A stretch of DNA of 64,000 bases from Octopus bimaculoides (taxonomy: Eukaryota), in NCBI RefSeq assembly GCF_001194135.2, contig NC_068992.1, positions 2,482,193 to 2,546,192 on the forward strand. The letters are read 5' to 3'. The notes beneath the pieces were generated by a model. That model saw nothing but the letters and a program-made list of their open reading frames with translations, did no database searches and was not told where the DNA came from. Positions 1 to 11,897 of this stretch are shown here, piece by piece. Positions within the stretch are counted from its first letter, which is position 1. Every line of letters begins with the position of its first letter. The translations under genes were made by a program, and so were the position numbers.

Positions 1-69
1 ATATATACATATATATTATGTATGTATGTGTATATATATATATATACATATATATATATTATGTATGTA

Positions 70-104
<35 letters not shown>

Positions 105-120
105 TATGTATGTATGTGTA

Positions 121-153
<33 letters not shown>

Positions 154-163
154 TATGTATGTG

Positions 164-194
<31 letters not shown>

Positions 195-200
195 ATATGT
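1..200. repeat. Compound (TA)n/(TG)n microsatellite with a ~45-bp higher-order unit
   Basis: Unit (TA)n-CATA-(TA)n-TTATGTATGTATGTG recurs about 4 times, then (TG)n. Confidence 0.9.
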
Positions 201-859
201 ACAATATTCTATGTAGGAGCTAATTTGCACAGAATATTTTTGTCCATTGTTCTCCACCGTCATTAACATGGAAATTCACTATTTGTTTGACATTTTTCCT
301 CACCAAGACATTACATATCAACTATACTTAATGTGCAAAAATAACTCCACACAGTTTATTTTTATCCAACTCTCAACAGTTGTATATCATTTCTATTTCT
401 TAATGTTATAATACATTCAGAATTCTTTGTTCTTTGATAACAAGTTTGTTTTTCCTTCTAATATAATATCATATCGACAATATTTTATAATTTGCTTTTC
501 TACACACAAAAATATTATTGACGTTTGACTATTGTCTGCCTTGTACATTATATACACATAAATATATTTAGCTTCTGAATATCACAACCTTTCTACTTTC
601 TGTATTTTATAGCACTGTATATATCGACAAGGTTTATTGATTTCAGTGTTATACAATTTTTCAATTTTTAAATACTATTTGAAGTCACTTAATTTTTGGT
701 TTGAAGATGGGTCTGTCAGAGCTGAGCAACAAATGATAATAATCTTGGAAACCAACTAGCAGGCCATTTCAGCTGATCTCTCTCGATGCCAGCAGGCAAG
801 AATTCTAAAGGAAACTTTTCAGCACCTAACAAATAGATGATATACATTTACACACATGT

Positions 860-898
860 ATGCGCATGTGCATGTGTATGTGTTTTTATGTATATATA

Positions 899-989
<91 letters not shown>

Positions 990-1098
990 TAGATACATAT
1001 ACATTTATATGTACATAAGACATAAATATGCATGAGTATATGTATTTGTATATAAATGTATAGACATGTATATATGTGTGTATATATATATATATATA

Positions 1099-1148
<50 letters not shown>

Positions 1149-1190
1149 AATAGATTTATTTATATATGTGTGTGTGTGTGTGTGTGTCTA
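860..1190. repeat. Compound (TA)n/(GA)n/(TG)n microsatellite
   Basis: Direct dinucleotide runs. Confidence 0.9.
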
Positions 1191-1339
1191 TATGTATCTG
1201 TATTTATGTGCGTATGTGTGTGTGTCCTATAGGTGTCTGATCATTTTGGCATGTGGTAGTTGTAAATGAATGTCTTTTGTTGCAAATATTATGTGAGATC
1301 ATGTCTAACCAGAATGAAATATTACATTAGCTGGAAGCA

Positions 1340-1446
1340 GGTGAAGGTTGGTGACAGGAGGGGCATCCTGTCATAGAAAATTTATCTCAAAAAATACAGT
1401 CTGATCTATGCAAGCATGGGAATGTAGACATTAAAATGATGATGAT
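1340..1446 (+). mobile_element. Degenerate RTE-type LINE 3' tail
   Basis: GGGGCATCCTGTCATAGAAA...GCAAGCATGGGAATGTAGACATTAAAATGATGATGATG resembles the tails at 36641-36856 and 25066-25259. Confidence 0.5.
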
Positions 1447-1563
1447 GTGATGTGTGTGTGTGTGTATACGCATGTATGTGTGTGTGTATACGCATGTATG
1501 TGTGTGTGTGTGTATATACATATATATGTATATACATATACATATGTGTTTATATGTATATAT

Positions 1564-1597
<34 letters not shown>

Positions 1598-1799
1598 TTG
1601 CAATAGAAGTGGTTACAGTGACGTCAATGTTTTGACTTATTAGCCTTCATAGGACTGTACTTCATTTCTGGTAAGTTTGGTTTTTCTTTTTTCTCTGTGG
1701 TAGGCAAAACTATGTTGAATGATAATTAGGATTTAGGTTGATTCTGGTGGAAAGGTATAAAAGCAGATCTTAGCATTTAAATTTGGAGCTGTGTTCTTG

Positions 1800-2330
1800 T
1801 TCAGAGTTCAGTCATGAGTGTGTAAAATTTTGTAAGTTTGTCTAACTGTGTGTGTCAGCTTCATGTCATTGGGTTTGTTTTCTTGGATTCACAAAGGAAG
1901 GTAAGTATGTGAGTGGTTTAGATGTCTGAGATTTTATTACTACTGTGTATTTGAACACCAATAGAAGATTTTTACTTATTTGTTTTGGGAAATTGGAGGT
2001 TATTGTTCAGCGTTTAGACATGTAAATCTTTGTAATGAGTAGTGTTTATTTAGGTGTGCAAGCTTTAGGTCATATCTCCTCTCTGGAAGTATTCAGATGA
2101 TTTTCACCAGGTTTAAAATACCTTAGGCATGCAGTTATGTCACAACTCGGTAAATGTTGAGGACCCAACAAAGGAAGATTAATGAATGTTGAAATGAGAT
2201 TTCTATAACATGCATCAACATACAGACATATAATAATTTGTGTATTAATTCTGAGATTTCTATAACAAACATAAATATATACACATGTATGAATTTATGT
2301 GGAACATAAATCAATGTTGATTCAAGTAAT
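1800..2330 (-). mobile_element. Possible, highly decayed Penelope-like reverse transcriptase remnant
   Basis: Minus-strand translation gives, in order and across frameshifts, IYRVVT (cf. YRYVDD), LAHLNKHYSLQRFTC (cf. LNxLNSxHPxIKFT) and SKPLTYL (cf. RKPTHTxxYL). Many stops. Confidence 0.3.
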
Positions 2331-2524
2331 AAGTCAATTTCCATTCCAATATATGAACATTAAAACAAACGCAAACTAATATTAAATAATTTCTTATACA
2401 TCTGATCTCTTATGTAATACTAAAAGCAGCAGTTCTTGATAAGGGCATGCGTGTCACTTGTACAAACACTGCAATATGTTGGCCACAATAAATAACACTC
2501 CAATCAATATAATGTTATATTTAC

Positions 2525-2598
2525 TGGACATAACATAGTGTAGTGGTTAAGAGCGTGAGCTACTACCCCAAGATTCCGAGTTCGATTCCAAGCAGTGA

Positions 2599-2630
<32 letters not shown>

Positions 2631-2805
2631 GCATCGAAAAATACCTTAGGAATGAGAACCCAGGTTCGGAATTTTCCCAAGTCACCTGATGAAGGCTGGA
2701 GGGTATATCAGCTGAAACATTGTGTTAACAACAAACAAGATGAGGACAAATATTCGTCAAATGTAAATAATGTACATAATTCTTCATCTCTTAAATATAG
2801 AACTG
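2525..2805 (+). mobile_element. SINE-D: tRNA-derived head + (TAA)n + Penelope-like tail
   Basis: A-box-like TAGTGTAGTGGTTAAG and B-box GAGTTCGATTCC; body is homologous to the copies at 4560-4786 and 16194-16327. Confidence 0.8.
2681..2726 (+). ncRNA. Minimal type I hammerhead ribozyme-like motif, mutated copy
   Basis: GTCAC-CTGATGA-A-GGCTGG-AGGGTATA-TCAGCT-GAAA-CA-TT-GTGTT; helix III palindrome broken (CA in place of CG). Confidence 0.4.
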
Positions 2806-3116
2806 TATATCAATCTCTAGCTTTCGTTTTCCTTCTCTCTGTTTTTTTTTTAAGCAGAATTATTTACTAATTAACTATTACCACATTTCTCAACCCCTAA
2901 AGTATAATGAGTGTATGGATAAAATATCAATCTCACATTTAGATAGATCGGTTTTCTTCTGCCATCGTTAATAATACTAAAGCAGACAAGAAAGACGAAT
3001 GGTGGAGAAGACATTTAAATAAGTCTTAGTTGTAATGCTGGAATTGAATCAAGTAATAGAACTGACTGAACCATCTTCGCTACTGCAGTAACAATGCAAA
3101 ATGACACAATACATAA

Positions 3117-3167
3117 TTTTTTTTTTTTTTTTTTTCAGCATACATACTGGTAACACTTCATTTTATT
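3117..3167 (-). terminator. Candidate polyadenylation signal followed by a genomic A-run
   Basis: Minus strand reads AATAAA (3162-3167), 26 nt, then A19 (T-run at 3117-3135). Confidence 0.3.
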
Positions 3168-3344
3168 ACAATACAGAAATTGTTAGCTAAATTGAATTTT
3201 ATGCTGTGCAGAAGTTGTCAGTTAAAGCTGAAATTTGTTATAAAAATTTATCTCATATAAACCATCAACAGCTAACACTATAACTTTTGCAGAGCATAAC
3301 ACTCATTGACAGTTCAGTAATATATTGTTGTGTGTATTCACCAT

Positions 3345-3381
<37 letters not shown>

Positions 3382-4559
3382 TGTATATATATATTGAGAG
3401 GGAGTGAGAAAGACTAACGTACATCCATTTATATCAGCCCAAAGTGTAACATATATCATATAACACCCAGCTAGTACTTCATCATCACAAAAGACCCTTG
3501 TATTCAATTGCATAACAGACGTAAAATAATAAAAAAAAGTTCCATCAAATTTGCCATAAATCTCCCTTCCAAGTTTGTTATAATGCAGTCTGCTTTTGAA
3601 TAACTGTAAAAATGGAGCCATATAGACTAGACATTGGTTTTTGTGCTGTTGTACAGAGATTGTTGTCAAACAATGGACTTTTCTTTTTTGCTCCACAGTC
3701 CAAGAGAGCTTCATATTCTTTACTCTTCCTCCCATTCTGAAGTTATTTGTAAATTTATTTGTAAACTTAATAAATACATAAAATAGAACAAAATTATGAA
3801 AAACAAAACCACAATTTTAAAGAAAACATTCTATAATAACAAAATATCTTTAATCTCATATTTTGAGTAATTTCTCCCATATTATTTTTTTCTTCTGTTA
3901 TTTCCTTATTTTATGTCATATTTCCTCTCCAACTACAAGCAAAAATATGGACCAACATAACAACCATTAATATTATTGTAATTGCTATTGTCGATACCTT
4001 TTCATAGTCAGCAACTACAAGCCATCGAGTTATTTCTATTTTGTTCTCTATGAACATCTCATTAGATTTAGCAAGAGATGTAATTTAACATCAGTTCTTC
4101 TTGTTAGAAAAATTGCAATGTTCTTTATGATCATGATTTTAACTTGACTCTTCTGAAAACTTTCATTATAACTTGTCTGGTTATAAATATCTTTCAAAAA
4201 AAAAAAACAAACAAACAGAAACGCTATGCCAGTTCTCCCTATTTATGGCCCTTTTGATCTCACTGTTATCTAATCTCCCTCTGCATAATGAGACAACTTC
4301 TACATCATTACTCGACCAGCTTGAAATAGCAGTCAAGTTTCCTTTAATTCACACTCTATCCTCTTATAAAGTTGTCCTTAATGTACAAACATATAAGCTC
4401 GTCCCACTTAGAATGTCTTTGATAAACCACTCAATTATTGCTAGGTTGGGGTAAAACAGCAATGACAACAGCAACTGGAGGATTTAAAGAAGACAAAATT
4501 TCACTCTTTGTCTAAATTAGAATTTGATACATGGAAAATAGCTTTAGACTCTTGAGTAA

Positions 4560-4786
4560 CATTATTTACATCATTTACATTTGATAGAGATTTGTCCTCA
4601 TCTTTGTTGTTAACACAACGTTTCGGTTGATATACCCTCCAGCCTTCATCAGGTGTCTTGGGAATTTTCGAACCTAGGTACTCATTCCTAAGGTGTTATT
4701 TGATATTATTATTATTCCTGGAATTGAACTCGGAATCTTGGGGTTAGTAGTCTGTGCTCTTAACCACTACACCATATCCCTGTGAG
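4560..4786 (-). mobile_element. SINE-D, best-preserved copy
   Basis: Reverse complement reads GGGATATGGTGTAGTGGTTAAGAGC...GAGTTCAATTCC-(TAA)n-...CCTGATGAAGGCTGGAGGGTATATCAACCGAAACGTTGTGTTAAC...ATGTAAATGATGTAAATAAT. Confidence 0.85.
4612..4657 (-). ncRNA. Minimal type I hammerhead ribozyme-like motif with intact core
   Basis: GACAC-CTGATGA-A-GGCTGG-AGGGTATA-TCAACC-GAAA-CG-TT-GTGTT. Helix I is GACAC/GTGTT, helix III is the palindrome ACGT, and the predicted cleavage triplet is GUU. Confidence 0.55.
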
Positions 4787-5082
4787 CAATCATGGAGTGA
4801 ATTTTAGGGCATATAAATCTAATATTCTCCTATCCTTCCTTAATACTGGTTCCCATATGCTATTCATATTAGCACTTGGTCTGCTTAGGAGGTTTTTGTG
4901 TCCTAGCATATGTGATGCTTCTTTTAGTTTTCATATTTTCCAGTGGTCTTCTCTGTCTATTATTTTAACTTCATCCCACAGGGGGAGGTGGTCTCCATTT
5001 TTCCGTACATTATAAGCTATACTAAATTTATCAATATCTCCTCATGTCACAGCTTTGCAATATTCCTCTACCCTTATTTTGA

Positions 5083-5400
5083 GAACTGCTAGAAAGGACA
5101 ATGGAGGCTGGTGTGGCCCCTGGCCTCAACAACTCTGGTCAAACCATCCAACCCATGCCAGCATGGAAAATGGATGTTCAATGATGATGATGATGATGAT
5201 GACATGTTATATGCTGGTGCCATGTAAAAAGCACCCAGTCCACACTGTATTGTTGTTGGCTTTAGGAATGGCATCTCCAACCATGATGATCATGCCACAA
5301 CGGATAGGGGAGCTTGGTGCAGTCGTCTGGCAAGGCTGCTCCTGTCAAACCATCCAACCCATGCAAGCATGGAAGACAAATGTTAAAGGGTGATGAAGAT
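5083..5400 (+). mobile_element. Two tandem degenerate RTE LINE 3' tails
   Basis: Both contain AAACCATCCAACCCATGC(C/A)AGCATGGAA followed by a GAT-type tail (5083-5200 and 5208-5400). Confidence 0.65.
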
Positions 5401-5520
5401 AATGATGACGATGAGGAGGAGGAGGAGGATGATAATGATGATGACGATGATAATAACGATGATGATGATGAGGAGGACGACGGTGACGATGATGATGAGA
5501 AAGAGGAGGAGGAGGAGGAT
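5390..5520. repeat. (GAT/GAG/GAC)n trinucleotide mosaic
   Basis: Continuous with the tail of the upstream RTE fragment. Confidence 0.85.
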
Positions 5521-5799
5521 CTTTCTGATGATCTAATGACCCTGTCATTTGGCTACCTTCTGTACCCACCCACCACACACACACACACACACATTTATAT
5601 ACTTATTTAGAGATAGAATTTAGCTGCTCCTACCACCAAAACCATAGTACCTCAGTACTTTAGTACCTGTCTTATTCTTTCTAAATTTAAAACAACCTAT
5701 TTTCCTTCGTTGTTCACTCTGATCGATATATTTCAATACACATTCGTGTTTGTTTGCGACTATCCTTTCTTTCTTGCTATTTAATTTTGATTATTATTC

Positions 5800-6135
5800 T
5801 GCTTAATCATTTTATAATTTCACTACCACTATTGTTGCCAATCAATAATGATACCAATATCATCATCATCATCATTATTATAATCATTATTATTGTTATT
5901 ACCAATGCCATCTTCAACACTGTTATTATTACCTTCAGCTGAACTATCTTTAATATCATTATTACTAACACTACTACTACTACTACTACTACAATCATTA
6001 TTTTGATGACTCTCAGTATCAACAGAACTTTTACCTCTATCGTTATTAGTTCCACCATCCCAGCACCCTTTACCAATATTAATAATATCGTCACCACCAC
6101 AACCATTATTACCAATTCCTCCATAATTCGACTAC
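5800..6135. repeat. Degenerate (ATC/ATT/ACT/ACC)n low-complexity tract
   Basis: Cryptic trinucleotide periodicity; explains the Ile/Val-rich ORFs. Confidence 0.8.
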
Positions 6136-6422
6136 AAATGCCTTTATTTGTATCATACATGAACAAATAAATAAACTTAAAATCTAAAAAAAGAAAACAA
6201 GATGATTTTTTTTTAACATATTTCAGTCATGCATAGCCCATATTTTTCTGCTATTAAGATGTTAATTAACTGCAAGTTATGTTTCATGAAGTGTATCAAA
6301 ATAAAATATGACAAATTAAATATTTCTACCTGCTCAAACATAGAAGTGGAATTGTTGGGGTGGAAAAAATAACCGAGTGGATTGGGTATTAGATAAACAG
6401 CTCATAGTTTGCCGATATATAA

Positions 6423-6637
6423 TCTTTTCTACTGTAGGCACAAGGTCCGATATTTGGGGGGAGGGGGGCAGTCAATTTGATCAACCCCAGTATGCAACTG
6501 GTACTTAATTTATTGACCCTGAAAGGATGAAAAGCAAAGTCGACCTCAGCGGAATTTGAACTCAGAACGTAAAGACAGACAAAATACTGCTAAGCATTTC
6601 GTCTGGCATGCTAACATTTCTGCCAGCTCACTGCCTT
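6423..6637 (-). mobile_element. SINE-C, full length, tail type 1
   Basis: Reverse complement starts GGCAGTGAGCTGGCAGAA, has B-box-like CTGAGTTCAAATTCC and core GGTCAATAAATTAAGTACCAG; many homologues in the window. Confidence 0.9.
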
Positions 6638-6758
6638 CTTGTATAATAATTTATAAGAGGCATCTGTGATTTTGGGCAAGATGCTGTTTCACTTTAATTA
6701 GCAGGGACAATGAAATTCCAGCATTTTGTGTGTGATTTACTAACACTAGTTAGTAAAT

Positions 6759-6858
6759 GTGAAATAAAGTGACTTTCTGAAGAACACAACACCCCGCCCG
6801 GTCCAGGAAATGAACTCACTATCTCATGATTGTGAGCCCAATCCTCTTATCACCTTCA
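6759..6858 (-). mobile_element. SINE-E head, degenerate
   Basis: GAAGAACACAACAC...GGTCCAGGAAATGAACTCAC...ATGATTGTGAG matches 11020-11089. Confidence 0.55.
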
Positions 6859-7671
6859 CTTTATTGCATAAAGATCATTTAATATATTGATATAGTAGTA
6901 ACATCAGAGTTTGAAACTGTAACCTAGTGTTAGCTGTTGAGATTTACAACCACCTGTGTCTCATTTTGTTATACAAGTCTATAAAAGTGTAGGAGATATA
7001 AAAAGAAAAAAAAAGAAGACTGCATTTGTCCATTGGTGTGCTAGTGTACCGATCTACCATTGAGCTGGTAACTGGTTTACTAGTATACCGGTCTGCTGCT
7101 GTATTGTATAACTATTCTTCTCACTGTGAATGGAACAGAGATTTCTTGTGATATCTTTTATAGGAGACTAACAACAAAGGAAAACAATAATATTGTTTCA
7201 TTTTCTATGACTTCTAAAACACTGAACAATGTCCATTAATCCCTTTAGTCAGCAGTTCTAGACTACAACAATGTCGTTCGCTACTTGCAATATGTTGGAT
7301 AGAGAAAAGGGGCTGGAGATTTCCCAGCTGGGATATTGGAAACCAGTTATCTGTTTAATATTTTTCTTTTTTTTTATTTCTATTCTTAGATAATGTTGTT
7401 TTTTTTCCCCCCCAACTTTCAGACCATTTTCTTTACATTTCTTCCAAATTTGTTTTCTCTGTCTTATCATTTGTCTTAAAGTGCTGTGTTTGTAGACGTT
7501 ACCAATCACCGTTTTCTTCAGATTTAGTGGAAGAAGAGTTTTAGTCATGGAACCTCTCTTTGTCTTTAAATCACGACTCTCTTGGGAAAGTAAAATTATC
7601 AGAGCAATTGTCTTATTCAGGTTCTTTTCTTGTCTTGCTAAGTGTTCCAGCCAAGTCTAGTGTCTATTTGG

Positions 7672-7683
7672 ACCACCACCAAC

Positions 7684-7718
<35 letters not shown>

Positions 7719-7731
7719 AACTACTACCACC

Positions 7732-7780
<49 letters not shown>

Positions 7781-7800
7781 ACTCTATCTTCACACACACA
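7672..7800. repeat. Compound (CAC)n(TAC)n(CT)n(CA)n microsatellite
   Basis: Direct repeats. Confidence 0.9.
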
Positions 7801-8678
7801 CAGCCATACAGATTTATACTAGCAACTTCCATTTACATCGTACGGTTACTGACTGTAAGGGTTAAAAATTGAGCACTGATATTAGGAGAATGCAATACAT
7901 TTCCTTGGTACCTATCCCTCCCTCCCTCCATTCTTCCATCCATCCTTCCATTTATACATACATCCATATACATACTCATAGATGTTATATATATTTGGTC
8001 TCTTTGTGAATCCTAAATAGAGCTTTTACATGTACATACACCTCTAAAGAACCCCATTAACTGGTGTTTGTACCAAAATAGATGAACTATGCACATGAAG
8101 TCAATAGATACATGTTAAAACCATTAGAATAAAGGTTGGTTTCTCCCCTCCATTTCATCACAATCTCCTGCCAATAGATTCCTATCCAATTATTGATTGA
8201 CATAAAAGAAAAATAGGCTCCCATTCTTTTTTTTTTTTATTATATTTCTTATTTTTGAATCAAGATTTCAACACATTCAAATAATATCAATTTTTTAAAA
8301 ATATATCTGTTGTTCTTTTGGAAATAAATCCATAGTCACTTTTTTTTTTTTTTTTTTAGCTGTGTTTAACATATTTCTGATCAGACCCACACCGCAAATA
8401 TTCTTTTCCCTCTTTCTTTTTGCCATGATCATCGAAATTTTGCTTTTCATTTTTATTCGTTCAGTTCTTTTCCAGTGTGTATCTACTTATCTCAAGTTAA
8501 ATTTGCTGAACTTTGGTTCTTACAGAATATATGGCGGAATATATTCTATAAATATGCAGGATATTCTACATAACTAAATCAAATTACGCATAAAATTGAT
8601 GAATAAACTGGTACACAGCTTGAAAATAAAAGCAACGGATTTTGAAATTTTGTCAAATTTTCAATACTTAAAGATGTA

Positions 8679-8714
<36 letters not shown>

Positions 8715-8858
8715 CTATTATTATTATTATTATTTACTGGATTGTAAAACTCGACACCGTATAACAAAACCATTCACACCAAAAGTGTATAGAAGTTTGT
8801 TTACAAAAAACAACTATAAACTAATATAGTTCCTAAATGTGACAGAAACAGGGAGGCT

Positions 8859-8926
8859 AATTCACTGGTATAATGGTAACAGAGTTGCATTAACAAAGGG
8901 ATGTGGGTTCGAGTCCCATGCGGATA
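8859..8926 (+). other. tRNA-like sequence (tRNA pseudogene or head of a single-copy SINE)
   Basis: A box TGGTATAATGG, T-arm GTGGG-TTCGAGT-CCCAT; acceptor and anticodon arms are degenerate. Confidence 0.5.
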
Positions 8927-9165
8927 GGAAAGCCTTCTTTTATCTGTCGAGGGCTTCTATGCCCCTTTATTAGACTATTTTCCTTAGTCATTGCATGGTG
9001 ATCACAATAAGCTTTAAGCTTATATCAATACCATTATTATTATTTTGGGGATTGCCAAACTCAGCAGCATATAACAAAACCATTTGCATTTATAAATATA
9101 TAATCGTCTTTATAGAAAAATATAAATTTGGAGAAGAAGCCCACTCTAAGATGCAGAGCAATCTA

Positions 9166-9567
9166 TATTAATTCCTGATGAAGGCCAGTTTCTGGGGTTG
9201 CCCTGGGTTTCTCTCCATAAAGGTTACCTTTATGGCATATCTTCAGACCCTAAGACCCATTGACCTAGCAGGAAATTGATTGCTGATGAGAGTAAGGGAT
9301 AACCCCTTACCTTTTACCCTCATAGCTGACCGGTAGCATGACTGCAGGAGGACTACACTGCCGAAGCCAATGACCGGCGCCAAAGGAAGATAACCTCTAT
9401 TGTTTATATCCATATCATTTCCCCCTCCATGTTTTAAAGAGGTCATAGGTCAACAGGTCTAGAAAGGTCAATGGGTCTAGATAGATCAACAGGTGTAGGG
9501 TGTAACTTAGGGTCTGAAGATACGCCATAAAGGTACCCTAGAAACTGATCTTCACCAGTAATTAATA
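9166..9567. mobile_element. MITE/foldback element, ~400 bp
   Basis: Terminal 30-mers are inverted (25/30). Inner inverted blocks: 9225-9254 vs 9506-9535 (29/30) and 9254-9266 vs 9465-9477 (13/13). Confidence 0.8.
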
Positions 9568-9575
9568 CATATGTG

Positions 9576-9620
<45 letters not shown>

Positions 9621-10081
9621 ATCATTGTCGTCATCATCATCATTTTATGTCCATGTTCTATGCTGACATGGGCTGGACAGTTTGGCAAAATTTGGTGTGT
9701 CCGAGAACTGCATCATGCTCCTATATCTGGAGGAGAGAGAGAGAGAGACACAAAAGAGAGCAGTGGGGAGCAAAAGCAGGAGTAGTAAAAATGATACAGT
9801 TGTCATGGTGAGAAGGATGGTATGGATGGTAGTCTGCAGGAGCTGGGGTGGGTGGGCTACGGAGAAGAAGCAGGCCTAATGCATGGCGGTGGGGGATGAG
9901 TCACCGAGATGTGGATGAAGAACACAATAGATGTCACTTGCAGAACTAAATTTTGCTGATGAGGGCAGGTCTTCTCAAGAACCTCACATCACCAGAGATG
10001 CCGGTCCTTTATGATATCCTTCAAATTCAGGGTTCAGAGGGGTCAGCCTTCACCACTTCATCCCATATTTTTCTAGCTCCC
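9621..10081 (-). mobile_element. RTE-clade LINE 3' end (ORF C-terminus + 3' UTR + (GAT)n tail)
   Basis: Minus strand encodes KIWDEVVKAD and then KDRHLW*CEVLEKT, typical of an RTE ORF end (TWDEVVKxDL...DRDLWRxAVLEKT). Tail at 9621-9720; 5' side runs into (CT)n and a gap. Confidence 0.7.
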
Positions 10082-10110
10082 TCTTTCTCTCTCTCTCTCT
10101 CTCTCTCTCT

Positions 10111-10593
10111 NNNNNNNNNNNNNNNNNNNNNNNNNNNNNNNNNNNNNNNNNNNNNNNNNNNNNNNNNNNNNNNNNNNNNNNNNNNNNNNNNNNNNNNNNN
10201 NNNNNNNNNNNNNNNNNNNNNNNNNNNNNNNNNNNNNNNNNNNNNNNNNNNNNNNNNNNNNNNNNNNNNNNNNNNNNNNNNNNNNNNNNNNNNNNNNNNN
10301 NNNNNNNNNNNNNNNNNNNNNNNNNNNNNNNNNNNNNNNNNNNNNNNNNNNNNNNNNNNNNNNNNNNNNNNNNNNNNNNNNNNNNNNNNNNNNNNNNNNN
10401 NNNNNNNNNNNNNNNNNNNNNNNNNNNNNNNNNNNNNNNNNNNNNNNNNNNNNNNNNNNNNNNNNNNNNNNNNNNNNNNNNNNNNNNNNNNNNNNNNNNN
10501 NNNNNNNNNNNNNNNNNNNNNNNNNNNNNNNNNNNNNNNNNNNNNNNNNNNNNNNNNNNNNNNNNNNNNNNNNNNNNNNNNNNNNNNNNNNNN
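10111..10593. other. Assembly gap (N)
   Basis: N-run preceded by (CT)n. Confidence 1.
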
Positions 10594-10777
10594 TACTACC
10601 ATTTCATGTAAAATGTTCAGCAAGTTCTGTACCTGATGCCAAACCATTACTTATTGAATCTTTTATTCAGTTTTTTTTTCTGTAGAACAACCAATATAAA
10701 TCATATTGTGTTTGGTGCATTCCACTGCATAAACCAACAGATTCCACCTTCTGTACAATTCTTAGCATTTCTGTTAT

Positions 10778-11089
10778 AAAAGGTAACGACTCCCATCGGT
10801 CATGAATGACTGTGAGATTGCATATAGAAATTTCCCATTTAAGGCACAAGTCCAGGCAAGGTTGTTTATGGAAGACCAGCAGTTGCACATGCATACAAGC
10901 CTCCCCACTCCATGCCACCAGAGTCATCCAAGGAAAAGGCAAAGGCTGATACAGCTTGGCACCAGTAACATCGCAACTTATTTCTACAGCTGAGTGAACT
11001 GGAGCAACATTAAGTAAAGTGCCTTGCTCAAGAACACAACACACAGCACGGTCCTGGAATCGAACTCACAACCTAATGATTGTGAGTCC
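10778..11089 (-). mobile_element. SINE-E (tRNA head + TTGTGTTCTTGAGCAAGGCACTTTAC central domain)
   Basis: B box GAGTTCGATTCC; colinear homologue at 46514-46860. Confidence 0.85.
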
Positions 11090-11672
11090 TACAGATCAAG
11101 CAGGGCCCTACAACACTTTTAAAATGCCAGTGAAATTTTGGTGTCAGTTAATCACTAAAGGAATTTGGTCATAAATTTGAAAGTTTGACTTTCGTTGCTA
11201 ATTTAAGCTATGCCACTTGTGATTTTTCTTTAACCATGATTCACTACACTCATGTTTGACATAATAGTGCACAAAAGCACTTGTTCCTGCCTAATAATTC
11301 CTTGTGTTAGAACAAATCTGTTTTATCTTCAACAACTGATTTCGGATTTGACTTACTCATATGGTGTGGATAATCAAAGAAAATTAGATGGAATACTTTT
11401 GTCTCACTGTTTCTCAAAGGCATTCGTGCATCCTTGTGGTCAATGTTGGAGTACAGTGAACCCAAGGAAGAGTGGCTTCCTGTCAAGATATTGTTCAGTT
11501 CAATAACCAGAGTCAATCTCCATTTATTACAAATGAGGATAAGCATGAGATGTGAAACATGGATACCACAGCAGAACATAAATTAGAACCAGAAATGTTA
11601 TACTCTACATTCTAATACATTGAGTTCTATATTACATGACTGGTCTTGGTTTACAGATTAAGAGTTGATTCA

Positions 11673-11712
<40 letters not shown>

Positions 11713-11757
11713 GAGTTATTAATATTTCTAAGTCTCTCTAAAGGAGACTACGACAGC

Positions 11758-11767
11758 NNNNNNNNNN
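11758..11767. other. 10-N assembly gap
   Basis: N-run. Confidence 1.
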
Positions 11768-11866
11768 GCCAACATGGCAGTCCCAAAATTAGGACGAATG
11801 CTGCTCGCAGCCACTTGGCTGAAACACATAAATAAAAAAAAAAAAAATATATATATATATATACAA

Positions 11867-11897
<31 letters not shown>

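Noticed and set aside
1858-1906. Plus-strand CAG...AAG|GTAAGT exon-like segment
   Set aside because: It lies inside the putative Penelope remnant and has a poor pyrimidine tract.
5314-5610. Asp/Glu-rich ORF
   Set aside because: It is an RTE tail plus trinucleotide expansion, with no splice or domain support.
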